64,000 nt of DNA from Lama glama (taxonomy: Eukaryota): positions 8,186,001 to 8,250,000 of the forward strand of contig CM052817.1 of the NCBI GenBank assembly GCA_028534125.1. The letters run 5' to 3'. Both the position numbers and the translations under genes were made by a program. Of the stretch, positions 35,747 to 47,590 are shown piece after piece (positions within the stretch are counted from its first letter, which is position 1; each line of letters starts with the position of its first letter). The notes beneath the pieces are model-generated. The model saw only the letters and a program-made list of their open reading frames with translations, did not search any database and was not told the DNA's origin.

Positions 35747-37311
35747 CTGAAACACAGGATAATTAACAGAAAAGTAAAACAAACAAACAGACAAAAACTG
35801 CATTACGTGCATTAATTACTTTTAAGCAAAACTGTCTCTATTTCATATATTTTTAATCTTCATTTGGATATACACGAAGAATACAGAATGGAAAGTAAGT
35901 TTCACACCATAGTGGCACTTAATATGCCATACTGCAAAAAGTATATGAACTTTCCACCACTGTGTCACTAGTGGAAATTCTAGAGCAGATAAAACAAAAC
36001 CAAAACAAAACAGCCCTAGAACTAGACACAGCACATGATCTAAAGGCCAGCCCTGTGGGTGATGCTTATGCCACCCCAACCCTGCCCATGGCAGACAGGA
36101 ATAAATGATCACTAAAGCGGAGTTCTGGGTGTAAAATAAATCGATAGGCTCTGCAACTTAAAAATGTAAGCCTCTGTAAGTATTAGAGTCTTCACACAAA
36201 GTGTAAATTCACCAAACTTACAAAACTAAAAAGAAAAAAAAAGAAAAAAGAAAACTTTAGAAGAACAAAAATACAGTATAAGACTTCTGGCCTTCTTTTG
36301 CTTATCTTCCTGCTATGAAAACAAAATGACTTATTCATTCAACAATTATGTTGTGAGTGTCTTCTACGTTAACAGGTACCACGTGAGCCGCTGGGCTGCT
36401 ACAAGTCACACCTGGTCCCCATTCTGCAGAGCAGACAGACATACACAATCAAAATACAAGATGACAGGCACTGGGACACACCGCACACTGTAAGAAAAGA
36501 GTAGGATAAGGAATTATTAGCCATGTCTGAGATCATCTGGGAATGCTTCACAAAGGAGATGACATTTAAACCAAGTCTTGATTTCCAGAGAAGAAAAGGG
36601 GAAGAAAGTGTTCAAAGAAATACCATCTATAGAAAACAGAGGAACCAAAGGGACACAAAGTCTGAAGAGTGCCCAAAGTCACAAAGGCATCTGAGCAAAA
36701 TAAGAGGACAAGAATTTATTTTAAGCAACGCACTTAACCCTTGTTTCTTTCTAACCAAGCACTGGAGGATCACGGCTCCCCGGACGGTGCTGGAAGCCGG
36801 GGTGCTGGGCCTCTCCGGCTTCCAGGCCTCAGGCTCTCCCTGGAGAACGGGTGGGGTGTTTCTCCTCACACTCCACAATGCTATTTCTGAGTGCAGCTCT
36901 GTCTGGCGTGAAGGATGGATGGGATTTTCATTTCCGGAGGCACCTCGCAGCCCCGGGATACTATAATTCCACTTATGTAGGCCATAGGGAAAAATGAGTC
37001 AACACTGCATAAAGTAGGTAACCTGCTTTCTAAGGCTCTACGATTGAAAAAAAAAAAAAAAAAGAGCAAGTCCTGCAAACACTGTTACATCTTAGAGGCA
37101 TCTTTAAAATGTAGCAGGTGGAAAAGAAGCAAGGACAAGCAACCAAAAAAATGTTTTAAGACACAAGTACAAAGGCACAAAATAAAAAATAAAACCCGCC
37201 CACCCCCAAATTATTGATTCAGTCTCTTTCCCTGTGTGTGGATACTGTGGGCCCTCATTTACTTTAGTCCACTCTCACAGGGGTCAGCTTGGACCCTAAA
37301 AACAGAGGCCA

Positions 37312-37731
37312 TACCATACTACAGGAAGAAAGTCAGAGAAAGACAAGTATCATATGACATCACTTATATGTGGAATCTAAAAAATGATACAAACGAACTT
37401 ATTTACGAAACAGAAATAGACTCACAGACATAAAAAACAAACTCAGTTACCAAAGGGGAAAGGGTGGGGATAGAGGAGTAAATTAGGAATCTGGGATTAA
37501 AAGATACACACTACTATATACAAATTAGATAATCAACAAGGACCTACTGTATAGCACAGGGGACTACATTCAATATCTTAACCCAAAATGGAAAAAAAAT
37601 CTGAAAAAGAATATATATATATAATATATATATAAACACACACACACACACATAAACGGAATCACTTTGCTGTACATCTGCAACTAACACAACATTGTAA
37701 ATCAACTGTATTTTAATAAAACAAAAAAGGG
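37312..37731 (+). mobile_element. 5'-truncated LINE-1 3' end with TSD
   Basis: L1 3'UTR motifs; 14-bp TSD AAAAACAGAGGCCA at 37298-37311 and 37732-37745; CT/AAAA endonuclease-type site. Confidence 0.9.
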
Positions 37732-40269
37732 AAAAACAGAGGCCAGTGCTAACGACCACTCTGCTCTTCCCGGGCTCACTACAGTGAAGTGTGGGCAGAG
37801 ACGTCTCACCTGAGGGAGGCAAAGCCACAGCTCTAGCTCAAGGGCAAAGCTAAAACCCAGCAGACTGCATTGTCCTGCTTAAAGCTACCTCCCTTCCTTT
37901 TAAATCCTGTACCTTTAAGGTCATTATTTTTTTAGCTCTCTTTCATTTTTTAGATTCTGTTGTACAAATGAATGCAAAAATAGAATAAAACTTTTTTCCA
38001 CCTATTGAGTTGGCAGGTTAGTTACTAAACCTAACCATCCAAAATTGTTGACACTACACTGCTTTGTCCTACAAAAATGGCAATTGTAGATGCTTCGGTC
38101 TAACGCAGTCAATTGAGTATTTTACAAAGTGTATAAGAAAAAGTTTGAAATTGTATTTACAGGTGCTAATTCATCCCTATCCCACTAGTTAGACATAACT
38201 AAATAGTCTTTCTTTAAAGAAACTTTAAAATGTTATGTAAGAGACATAAATTTATTACTGGAATTTAAACAAGAGAATAATTCAGTTAAAAATAAATAAC
38301 ATAGCTAGACTGAGATTTACAGATGTCCCAGGAAGAGCAGTCCCTAAACTACCCACGAGATCGCTATCTCTCCCATTCTGAAACGTCCCTAGGGGAGTCC
38401 TCCTCACCCCAAGGCAGCCTGCTCCGGTGCTAGTTTCTGACGAGAACCCCTTACTGACATGTATAGCAGTTCCTCGCCAGGCAAGATTCCATGAAAACAA
38501 TGTCTCATCTTGGCATAATTTTAACTTAAAAATTTTAAGTGTCTGATTTTACATGAGCAGGACTGAGTTTAGTTCCCTTTGAAGAACAAACGACTGCTTT
38601 CCTGCTTTATAGGTTTTGTATGCCAAGGACAGGCAGTTCCAGGAATTTGCTTTCCATTTAGTCTCTCAACATATGAGGAAAAAAAAAAAAAAAAAAGAAT
38701 CCAAGACCCTCTCTTTTCCAAACAAGCTTTTAAAGCCCTGGTATCAATTGTGAAAAGGGGGGAGCCGTGCAAATTGACGTGACAGCACTCCGTGATCAGC
38801 AGAGCGCTGTGTGAGCATGTAGGCACACCAGCGACACACTGTCAGTAAGTTTCCCTCTCCCATCCCACCCCCTCCCCCCACCAACCCTACTATTTTGGTT
38901 ACTGTTCTCCTGAAGGTCTGGAAATGAGTGACCCCCTAGGCCTGCCACCCAACAGGAAAGGCTTCGACTTTCTCCCAAAAGGAATTATGCAACCCTCTAA
39001 TGGCATCTTTTGATGTCACTGAACTCTTTTACAGGTTCCTCAAACATCCTTTAAAATGTAGACAACAAAGCTATTGTCAAATGTCCCTCTTTTCTTATTC
39101 ACTAAGAGACACAGGCTGAGCCCCTAGGCTCCGGGTGTCTAGTATTACCTGTGGCTAAATGGGCCTCTGAGTCAGAGGGTGAAGTTTTATCTGTGGGGCT
39201 TCCTGTGGGTGGAACTATCAGTGGAGTAGCACACAGGTAGGTTTGCAAGGTTCCTAAGGGACAAGAGGGAATTAAGAGGTAACAGCTATAAAATAGATTT
39301 GTTTAACTGTTTAAAAGCCACATTTCATTCTAATAGATGAGCCTAAAGGTAAGTATTTGTCAAGGCAGGAAGACTAAGGCACTTTTTCAATTAAGTAGTC
39401 ACCTTTTCTGGGGGGTACAGCAGGGACAGAAGGTCCAAGTCTTCTTGTTTTGGCAAATACAAAAACAAGCAAAAACAAAAACAAAAACAAAAACAAAAAC
39501 AAACAAACAAACAAAAAACCAAGAACAAGATAATATTGTAAATCTGTTTTTTTGGGGGAATACATATGATTTTTCTAGGTCCTTCTAAACATTCCAGTTT
39601 TTTAAACCCTCTTTAGGCTTACCAAAAAAATGGCTCTGATGTGTCCAAATGCACTTTAACCCCCTTTTTTGGTTATAGCATCACTAAAAAGGATAGGTAA
39701 GAATAATAGTAAAATGCCAAAAAAAAAAAAAAAAAAAAGAGAGAGAAAGAAAAAAGAAAAAGCGAGGGGCTATATTAGAACACAGAAGACACAGCCTCAA
39801 ATCAGGAGGAAATATTTTAATTTCAATGATCTTTAATGTCTTTATTTGTAAAACATGAATAATAAAGTCTGCTTTTTTAGGGCCAAGAAAATAATTGTGA
39901 ACCTAACAGTATAGGATACATTAACCTACCTGCCATTTACTATCTGTTCATGTTATATCTAGAGTTTTTGTTGTTGTTGTTGTTTGTTTGTTTTTTGTTT
40001 TTTAAAGTCATACTGTGATTCCCTTCCTTCACTATTTCCAAAGGTCTACAGGAGAAATCAGATTGTTGAATGTATGAGGGAAATGTGAAGCGATTAGAGC
40101 CTGCTCTAAAACTACACTGAATCATAATATGAAGTAGCCACAAGAAAACTGACAAACTTCACAATTTATCATGAGGCGAACAAACTTCTGCATAATTTCT
40201 CTGCTTGCAGGCAGAGTATAGCATGGCCTTCCCAAGCCCTCCGAGGAACTCTGCAATTCCGAGACTCAC

Positions 40270-40394
40270 TTGAGCACTTGCTGTCTAATATTGTTTCTTA
40301 GCTGGTTCTTATTGAGGTGGGGACTCCATGTATGAGTCGCTAAATGGTTCGCAACAAAGTTGTCAACGCGTTGTCTCAGATTCTGATAGGCAGG
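40270..40394 (-). CDS. BOD1L1: BOD1L1 exon 2 (125 nt): PAYQNLRQRVDNFVANHLATHTWSPHLNKNQLRNNIRQQVLK
   Basis: (CT)n-TAG acceptor, AA|GTGAGT donor; continues the Shg1 domain in frame. Confidence 0.97.
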
Positions 40395-41242
40395 CTAGAG
40401 AGAGAGAGACAAAAGACAAATGTTAAAAATCTCCACTGTTACACAGTATCAACACTGACAGCCTCAGGAATTTGAGTATCTTTAACAGTGTTAACAATTC
40501 TTAGGTTATAATATCAATGTGGCAACAAGGTTTCACAGTTTGTGACACTCCTGCTTCAGGATAATTTTTAAGTCATTTAAACACCTTTCATTTTGTTTAA
40601 GACAAGAAGTTTGGAGATGAGGAATAAGAAGACAAACGTATCTCTTATTTGAAGACAAGGGACTAGAAAATAAGATACCAGTAAGTATTACTGTTAGATG
40701 ATTTGGAGCAAAGAAAGGGAGAGGAGCAGAGGCAGTAAGCCTCCATTGAGAGCATGGCATCTAAATTGGACCTTCAGGGTTTCACAGTGCAACTGGGATT
40801 AGGAAAGGCAGGCGTTACCAGTATGGCCAACAATATACACAAAGAGCAAGTAGATGAGAAAACATGGGGTCAGGAGCATTAGGGAGCCCCACATTGTTAA
40901 AGTGAAGAAGGGAATACAAAAAAGTAGAGCAATGAGGTTGGAGACATAGCTTGGGGCCAGAGTCTAGAAGGATTTGGGTACCTGTATAAGAAGTCTGGAA
41001 TTATGGGAGAGAAAATGGGAACCCCCTGCACATACAGAGTGCTATGTGATAGCCGAGCTTTCTGATGATTAATCTTCCTACAGTGAAAGGGGAAACTGAG
41101 ACAAAATATATTTAGGAAAGTATGCAATAACTAGAATACTGAAGGCCTGTACTGGGATGGTGAAAATGGGCTGAAAGGCATGGCTCCAAGAGAAATTATG
41201 AAGGGTCAACTACTGGAACTAGGCATTAAATTTGATGTAAGG

Positions 41243-41468
41243 CACTGGTTCTTAACTGGGAGCAATTTTGCCCCACTCTCACCCCAGGGGACATTTGGCG
41301 ATGTCTGGAGACATTTCTGATCATCACAGGTGAGGGGAGCTGTTACTGGCATCTAGTGCGGAGAGGGCAGGGATGCTACTGAATATCACACAGTGCACAG
41401 GGCAATTCCCCACAGCAAAGAACTATCCAGCCCAAAATGTCAGCTGTGCTAAGGCCGAGCACTCCCGG
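41243..41468 (+). mobile_element. MER20 (hAT-Charlie) DNA transposon
   Basis: CCCCAGGGGACATTTGGCGATGTCTGGAGACATT...CTGGCATCTAGT...CAGCCCAAAATGTCA matches the recalled MER20 consensus. Confidence 0.85.
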
Positions 41469-42479
41469 AACAAAGGAAGGAGGAGAGAGAGAATACATGT
41501 GTCATCTCTGCTTCAAAGGACACTGCCTAGAAGGATGTTTGACTGCTCAGTCAGGACTGCAAACTTTCTTCCTGGAAGTTGCCCCTACTACTCATGTTTT
41601 TTATTTTTATTTTTATTTTAATCTTTCTTTTAGGTGGCTTTTAACATAGATGAGTTTGAGTATTCTCAAATGATTTTAAGTGAAACTGTATAGCCTCATC
41701 TTCTGCTATTTGCTCCCTTATCCATCAAAGCTTATTCTCCAGTGATAAGTTCTCACCCCTTTAATCTTGTGCACCTACCACTCCCTGTCCCTGTCATTTG
41801 GCAAACTTCTCATCTTCAGAGCTCACCCTAATCTGTGAAGTCAAGCTGACACCCCAGGTAGGACTTTTCCCCATGTTCCACCTGTCTCCTATACAAACTA
41901 TCATTCAAGTAATTCTATGTTGTGGGGAGTAGGGAATATTTATCTCCCTACTGACACGTAAGCCTGTTCCTCCCACAGGAACAAGCTTGTATCTTTGATT
42001 CCACACAACTTTTCACACTGTCAGGCAGATAAGCAATTAAAAAGCAGTTGTTAGATGAGAGGACTGGGTAATAATCAAGGCAACACAGATGATAAAGTTT
42101 TTATCCCTTTGTGAGAGCCCTTCATCTCTTCCAATTTCCAGACTTTTGCTCATACCTATTCTCTATCCTACCAAAAACGGGCTCACGATCATTTCTCATA
42201 TTCCTCTCCACTTATCTAAAACCAATGTAAACTGAAATTAATTCCCCCCTCAATGATTCTAAAATTTAATTCTTCTCCCCAGTGTTTCCAAATTCAGAAG
42301 CATTAGGCTCAAACATCACAATGCAGTTAGCATTCCAGTTGCCCCACAACAAGCTTCAATTTGAACTACTGCATGTAATTTTCCTGGTTTCTAGGTTCTC
42401 CTTTTGGTAAAAAGCCTAGTGATGAGAGAAGTATCTTGAGTTCCACTGTTCTCCTGGGAATAGTTATGCATCTCCTTCC

Positions 42480-43326
42480 TTTTCTGGAGCTCTGGTCAAA
42501 AGCCTTGGAGTCACCCTTGACCCCTCCCTTTCTCTTCCATCCCATATTCAAAACAACAGCAAATCCTGTCATCATTAGCATCAAAATACAGCCAGAATCT
42601 GACCACTTCCTGCCATCTTTACTGCTACCACTCTGGCCCAGAGCTTTCTCATCTCCTGCCTAGAGTTATGGACCTCCTTGCTTCCATCCTTGCCTGTCTG
42701 AAGTCTATTTCCCACAGTGCTAGTGCAAATCTCCTAAGATTAGGGTAACCATATAATTTATTGTCCAAACCAAATCATGACTGAATGTTAAAGGGACGCT
42801 GTTGATAATTACATGTGGTCAAGCCATCCAAAATGAAAGTCAGATCACATCCATCTTCTGCTCTACACCTGCCAATGGCCTCTCAGCTTCAGTAAGAGCT
42901 AAACTCTTCCGATGGCGTCCATGGCCTGACAGATCTGCGAAGCGAGGGGGCAAGGACACTCCTACCTCACCTTCTATCACTTTCTCCCTCAGCAGGTGCT
43001 GCCCTGGGCCTTCCACACTTGCTGCCGGTCTCTTCCTGGAATTGGAGTGCTCAGCCTCCAGAATTGGACAGCTCCTTCAGGTCCTTCAGTAGTGGCTTAA
43101 ATGTCATCTTATTGAAATCTTTCCCTGAACAACTCACTCAAATCAGCAAACCTTTCCCCCTCATCCTGCTTTCTTTCTTCCACAGAACTTCTCACACACT
43201 ATTTATTGTCTGTTTTTCTTTTCTGGGATTCAAGCTCCCTATCAGGATGCACTTTTTGTTCACTGCTGTATCCCTGGCACTTAAAACAATGCCTGGTACA
43301 TTGCAACTATTTGTTGGGTGAATAAA
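42480..43326 (+). mobile_element. L2 fragment(s)
   Basis: TGTTCACTGCTGTATCCCTGGCACTTAAAACAATGCCTGGTACA...TGTTGGGTGAATAAA, an L2 3' end. Confidence 0.7.
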
Positions 43327-44857
43327 CTATATACTTCTGCCTTTGATATTCCTTTTGAATCTAAAAAGGATTCAATAATCACAGTGACTGGGAGCCATTC
43401 ATAACTGAAAAAGTACCCCCAAACTGGCCCTTATTACCTAAGGAGAGGTGCCAAATTGACTTAGTCAGTGAGCTTCCTGCCTGGGACTGAGAGACAGGCT
43501 CTAATCAGTGCAAAGGGGTCAGAAAGGCTTTATAATCTCTTAGCTTGCTCCAAGGACCTGGGAACTGGGTCTACAGTAGAGGAGCCTCCGTGTTAGCTGA
43601 ATCTTGGGGCTACATTTTAATGTGTCCCCCCCAAATGTTTTAGGACTCTGCTTTTAAAGGATCTGGCAGGGATATTACAAACACAACAATACCATTCAGC
43701 GGGGTTGGAGCTGAAGAAAAACTTGAGCGTTAGATGTTGCAGCCCCCCACCTCTCTTCGGTATATTTTAATTTTCAATCTGCATACACAATAATACACAG
43801 ACTTGTAGGTTTCTGAGAACAGCAAAGTGAAATCTCTACTTGCCTGTGTACATAATCAGCTTTATTTAGTTGAGTCACATTTACTTGGCCATGTCCCATG
43901 AAAGGAAGGAAGGAAGGAAGGAAGAGAGAGGGAATGAAGAGGCAATAGGCATTATTTTCAAAAGTTGGTTGTGCATATTCCTTAAAACAAAGTGAGAAGA
44001 CTATACACATGCTACATAGATGAACATCCCCAAGTAAATTGAATTCTATGTGGTGCAAAAACTCTGACATCTCCAAAAGGCACGTTCTACTTCTGGTCTA
44101 CATGGTGGGCCAGAGTTTTTAAAAGGGAAGATGTCCCCAGATTTTCAGGTAAGTTTTCCCAGAGAAGATAGCAAAATTGTAGAGTTCACCTCAAAGCCTG
44201 GACCCTTTTCTCAAAGAAACATGGTTCTTTAGAAGAGTTGAACATGCTATGAGAAAACGCTCACCTCATCAAAACTTTCAATCAGTGAATCAAAACAGAG
44301 CTAAGTAAAACAAACAAACAAACAACCCCCTCCAATTTCCCAGCCATTTCCAACTGAACCTTCCTGCTTCATTTTCTTCCAGACTTCCAGACCCTACTGG
44401 ATTTCCACCATCTCCCTGAATGTTCCTTCCGGGTGTCCTCTACTCATTCTTAGCTGAACCAGCTAAGTCTACCTGTTTCTGCTAATGCCCTTTCCACTCT
44501 GACATGTGGTACAAAATCCCTTCCCCTTCCTAGCTCCAAACTCCTTTTGTACAGGGAATCACTTTGCTGACCTTCCCCCTCTACCCTTTACTCTCCCAAA
44601 CGCATTCTTTTGTCCAGTCTTTTTTCCACTTCAATATCTGCTGTCATCTCTCTTCCATCCTTTCCTCAGTTCTCTCTTCTCCTCACCCCTCATCCCACTT
44701 CCTCTCCCTTCTCACTTCAGAGAAGTGACTTGGTCTAAGCTACCTAAGTCAGAGTCACTGGTAGAAACAAAAGTCCTGCTCTCCCCAGCCCACCTTTTCA
44801 CCGTCCAGCTCTGCCTCCTTACCTTTGCAGCCCTCACAATGTCCAGTAACACACACT

Positions 44858-45060
44858 GCAAACAGTTTGATTCATTACCGCTTAATCTCTCCAAAGGGCA
44901 AATACATGACCCTTACCAGAAATCTTCCTGAGAGGAGGCAAAAATGATTTGGCTACAAAGCAAATAATTTGATTCATTACCACTTAGAAATCTGTCCAAA
45001 GGGCAAAGGCATGACCCTTACCAGAAATCTTCAAGAGGGGAGGCAAAAATAATTTGGATA
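44858..45060. repeat. Tandem duplication of a ~102-bp unit in intron 1
   Basis: GCAAA..TTTGATTCATTACC..CCAAAGGGCAAA..CATGACCCTTACCAGAAATCTTC..GGAGGCAAAAAT.ATTTGG occurs starting at 44858 and at 44960. Confidence 0.92.
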
Positions 45061-45249
45061 GAATGTACCGGGGGTAAAAATAATCAGAAATGACAGCACT
45101 GTTAGCGTTAGTGTTTCCAAACGAGTCTCCAAAAGAACAATGACTTCGTCTTGCTCACTCCTACATTCCCGGCACCTAAGCAGTGCCCGGCACGTAGTAG
45201 GTGCTTAACTAAGCTCGTCTGCTACGCAGACGGAACGACAGGCGAATGA

Positions 45250-46180
45250 ATGAGAGAAGCGCGCCTCGCACAGAGCCGGGCACCGAGCAGCAGCTCAAAG
45301 AGGAAGCGGCTGCACAGGCAACCCGGTGAGAGGCGCGCTCCAGAGGGGCCCCGGCTGGGGAAGCTGAGGCGCCGCCGGCCCATCGACACACGCGGGAGAC
45401 CGACACAGGTCGTCCCCGCTCCCCGCACGCCCGCGGCCCCCGCGCGCCCCGAACCTTGGTGTCCACGTCGGCCAGGCAGTCCCTGCGGAACTGGTCGAAG
45501 AGCCCCTGGCTCTTGAGGTGGTTCACGATCATGGCCACGAGTTGCGGGTCCCCGGCGCCGGCTCCCGCGCCGCCCGCCCCGCCCGCGCCTGGGCCAGCCC
45601 CGGGGCCGGGAGGCGGCGGCGGCGGCTGCGGGTTGGTGGCCATGGCGGCCTGGGCCGGGGAGGGCGCGGGCCCGGGCGGGCGGGCGCTCCTGGGAGGCGG
45701 CGGCTGCACCGGTCCCGCCGCCTGAGGGAAGCCAACGGGATGTTGTTACGGAGCCAGCGGATCCGGAGCAACCCCGGAAGTGAAAGGGAACCGGGGGAAG
45801 GGAGGAAAAGGCGGCGACAATAGCAACCAGGTCCGGCGACGGGGGCCGGGAGGGGTCAGTTCCCGCCGCCACCAAGCGCGGGCGCCCTCGCGAGGCCGGG
45901 CTGCGAAGGAAGCGGCGGTGAGAAGCCGAGCGGCACCGAGAAGCGGGGCGGGCGGCGGACTCTCCGCTGGCGCCTGGGTCTGGAGTCCAGGGCGGCCGGG
46001 CGTTCGGCTCGCGCGACTCCCGGGGCCTGAGGGCCGCCTGGGCGCCAGCTCGGAGCCGGCCGGGGCCCGGCAGCGAGACTCGGGCCGGGTTCCAGCCACG
46101 GTGGCGTTTGGGCCTGACGCTCTTGCTCCGGTTTCACCGGGCAGTCGAGATCCGCAGACATTTCTAATGCGAACCATAGG
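45250..46180 (-). promoter_or_regulatory. CpG-island promoter and first exon of BOD1L1, with an ETS-type site (CCGGAAGTG, 45774-45782) and GC boxes
   Basis: Very high GC and CpG density around the start codon; no TATA box seen; typical housekeeping architecture. Confidence 0.9.
45455..45643 (-). CDS. BOD1L1: BOD1L1 coding exon 1 (189 nt): [15 protein letters not shown]...[32 protein letters not shown]; Pro/Gly-rich N-terminus and start of the BOD1/COMPASS-Shg1 domain
   Basis: ATG in perfect Kozak context GCCGCCATGG, with an in-frame TAA upstream at 45746-45748. [21 protein letters not shown] is the BOD1-family signature. Donor AAG|GTTCGG. Confidence 0.97.
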
Positions 46181-47231
46181 TAGAGCTGCTTATTCTAAAC
46201 TCGCCCATCGCACCTCGTCCTCAGCCTGTGATCCTGCCCACTTTTCTTCCAGGCAGGTAGCTCCAGGGGTCTCTCCTCCCCACCCCACCCCGATTTCCCT
46301 TGAGCATCCCATCCCCTCTTAGTCCCCGAGTGTGCCTGTGGTCTAGAACCCGACTCCTCCGGCACCTTCTTCCTAACGGTGAAGGCAATACCGATAAGCC
46401 TTTAGTTTTTAAAGTTTTAATGTATTTTTGTTTGATCAGTAGGTAACGCGTATATAGCACGCATTATGTGCCAGGCGTGGCGTTAAGAACCTTTACCTGC
46501 ATTAATTCTCCCAGTCTTCAGAACAGCTCTAAACTAGGTCTTACCAGTATCACCAATTTGCAAATCAAGAAACTGAAATCCTGGGGAGATAACATAAATT
46601 ATCCAACAGACAGCAAACTGCCTGATTCTGGACTGAGTTATCTTTAAAATACTGTTACAAAGCAAAATAAATATTACACATTTTAATAATTAGTCAATGG
46701 AATGTAAAAGTTATAGGAAAATGCATCTCTTGGTGAAATAGATTTTGTTGCTTTTTAAAATTCATAGGTCTGTGGATGAATATGTCATTGCTAGAAGGGG
46801 AAGGATTGAACATAATTTTATTTCTATTTCTAGTTTTTATGGTTGTATGCCCTGAGAAACTGTGTTCATATAAGCAAATACTATTACTGGGAACAGAGTT
46901 TTATGGTAGCAATCTCACTCAAATTTTTTGATCGCAGAAAATTTGATTTGATACTCTTTGAGTTGACTGTTCAATTAGGCCCTTCTTCAGTTTCGTTGAA
47001 AGTAAAGAATTGAAAGTCAGCTGACTTGCCAAAGTATTTGTTTACTTAGGGCTGGGTTACATAAGCCCCTGGGGTATAGGGGCAGGAACCCCAGAGGAGG
47101 AGAAATATTGTGATGGAGGGGTAGGTGGGAAGAGAGGGAGAGAGGCCTTCTGGTGAAGTGGGACATATCAGTCACCTTAGTTATTCGTACTTTACGTGAC
47201 AGGAGAGTTCTGTGTGGATAATCGGAAAGAT

Positions 47232-47590
47232 TAGTGTGCATCAGAATCTCCTGGAGGGCTTGGTAAAACACAGTGCTGGCCCCATCCTCAGAATTTCAGG
47301 TTTGGTAGGTCTGGGGCATGGTTTGAGACTTCTCATTTTTAACAAATGCTTATGGATCACCATTTGAAAAATATTGGACTAGACTAGCTATGCCCCACAG
47401 GCCTAATCTGGTTTACCTGTTTTTATAAGTAAAGTTTTATTGGAACATAGCCACACCCATTGGATTTGCTTTGTTTCCATTGTCTCTGGTTGCTTTTGCT
47501 GCAAGGCCAGAGTTGAGACCGCCTGACTTGCAAAAGTGAGCTTTACCATCTGGCCCGTCACAGAAAAAGTCTGCCAGCACCTGGACTAAA
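47232..47590. mobile_element. MER5A followed by MER58-like hAT MITE
   Basis: GCATCAGAATCTCCTGGAGGGCTTG (MER5A); AAAGTTTTATTGGAACATAGCCACACCCAT...CAGAAAAAGTCTGCC (MER58). Confidence 0.75.

Noticed and set aside
45644..45709. In-frame GTG-initiated 22-aa N-terminal extension
   Set aside because: The GTG context is weak (C at -3 and +4), whereas the downstream ATG has a perfect Kozak sequence.
45800..46000. Possible orthologue of a microRNA annotated near the human BOD1L1 promoter
   Set aside because: Based only on vague recollection and short word matches; I see no convincing hairpin.
45222..46322. Several overlapping 80-217-aa ORFs across the CpG island
   Set aside because: Stop-codon scarcity in very GC-rich DNA; low-complexity Arg/Gly/Pro/Ala translations.
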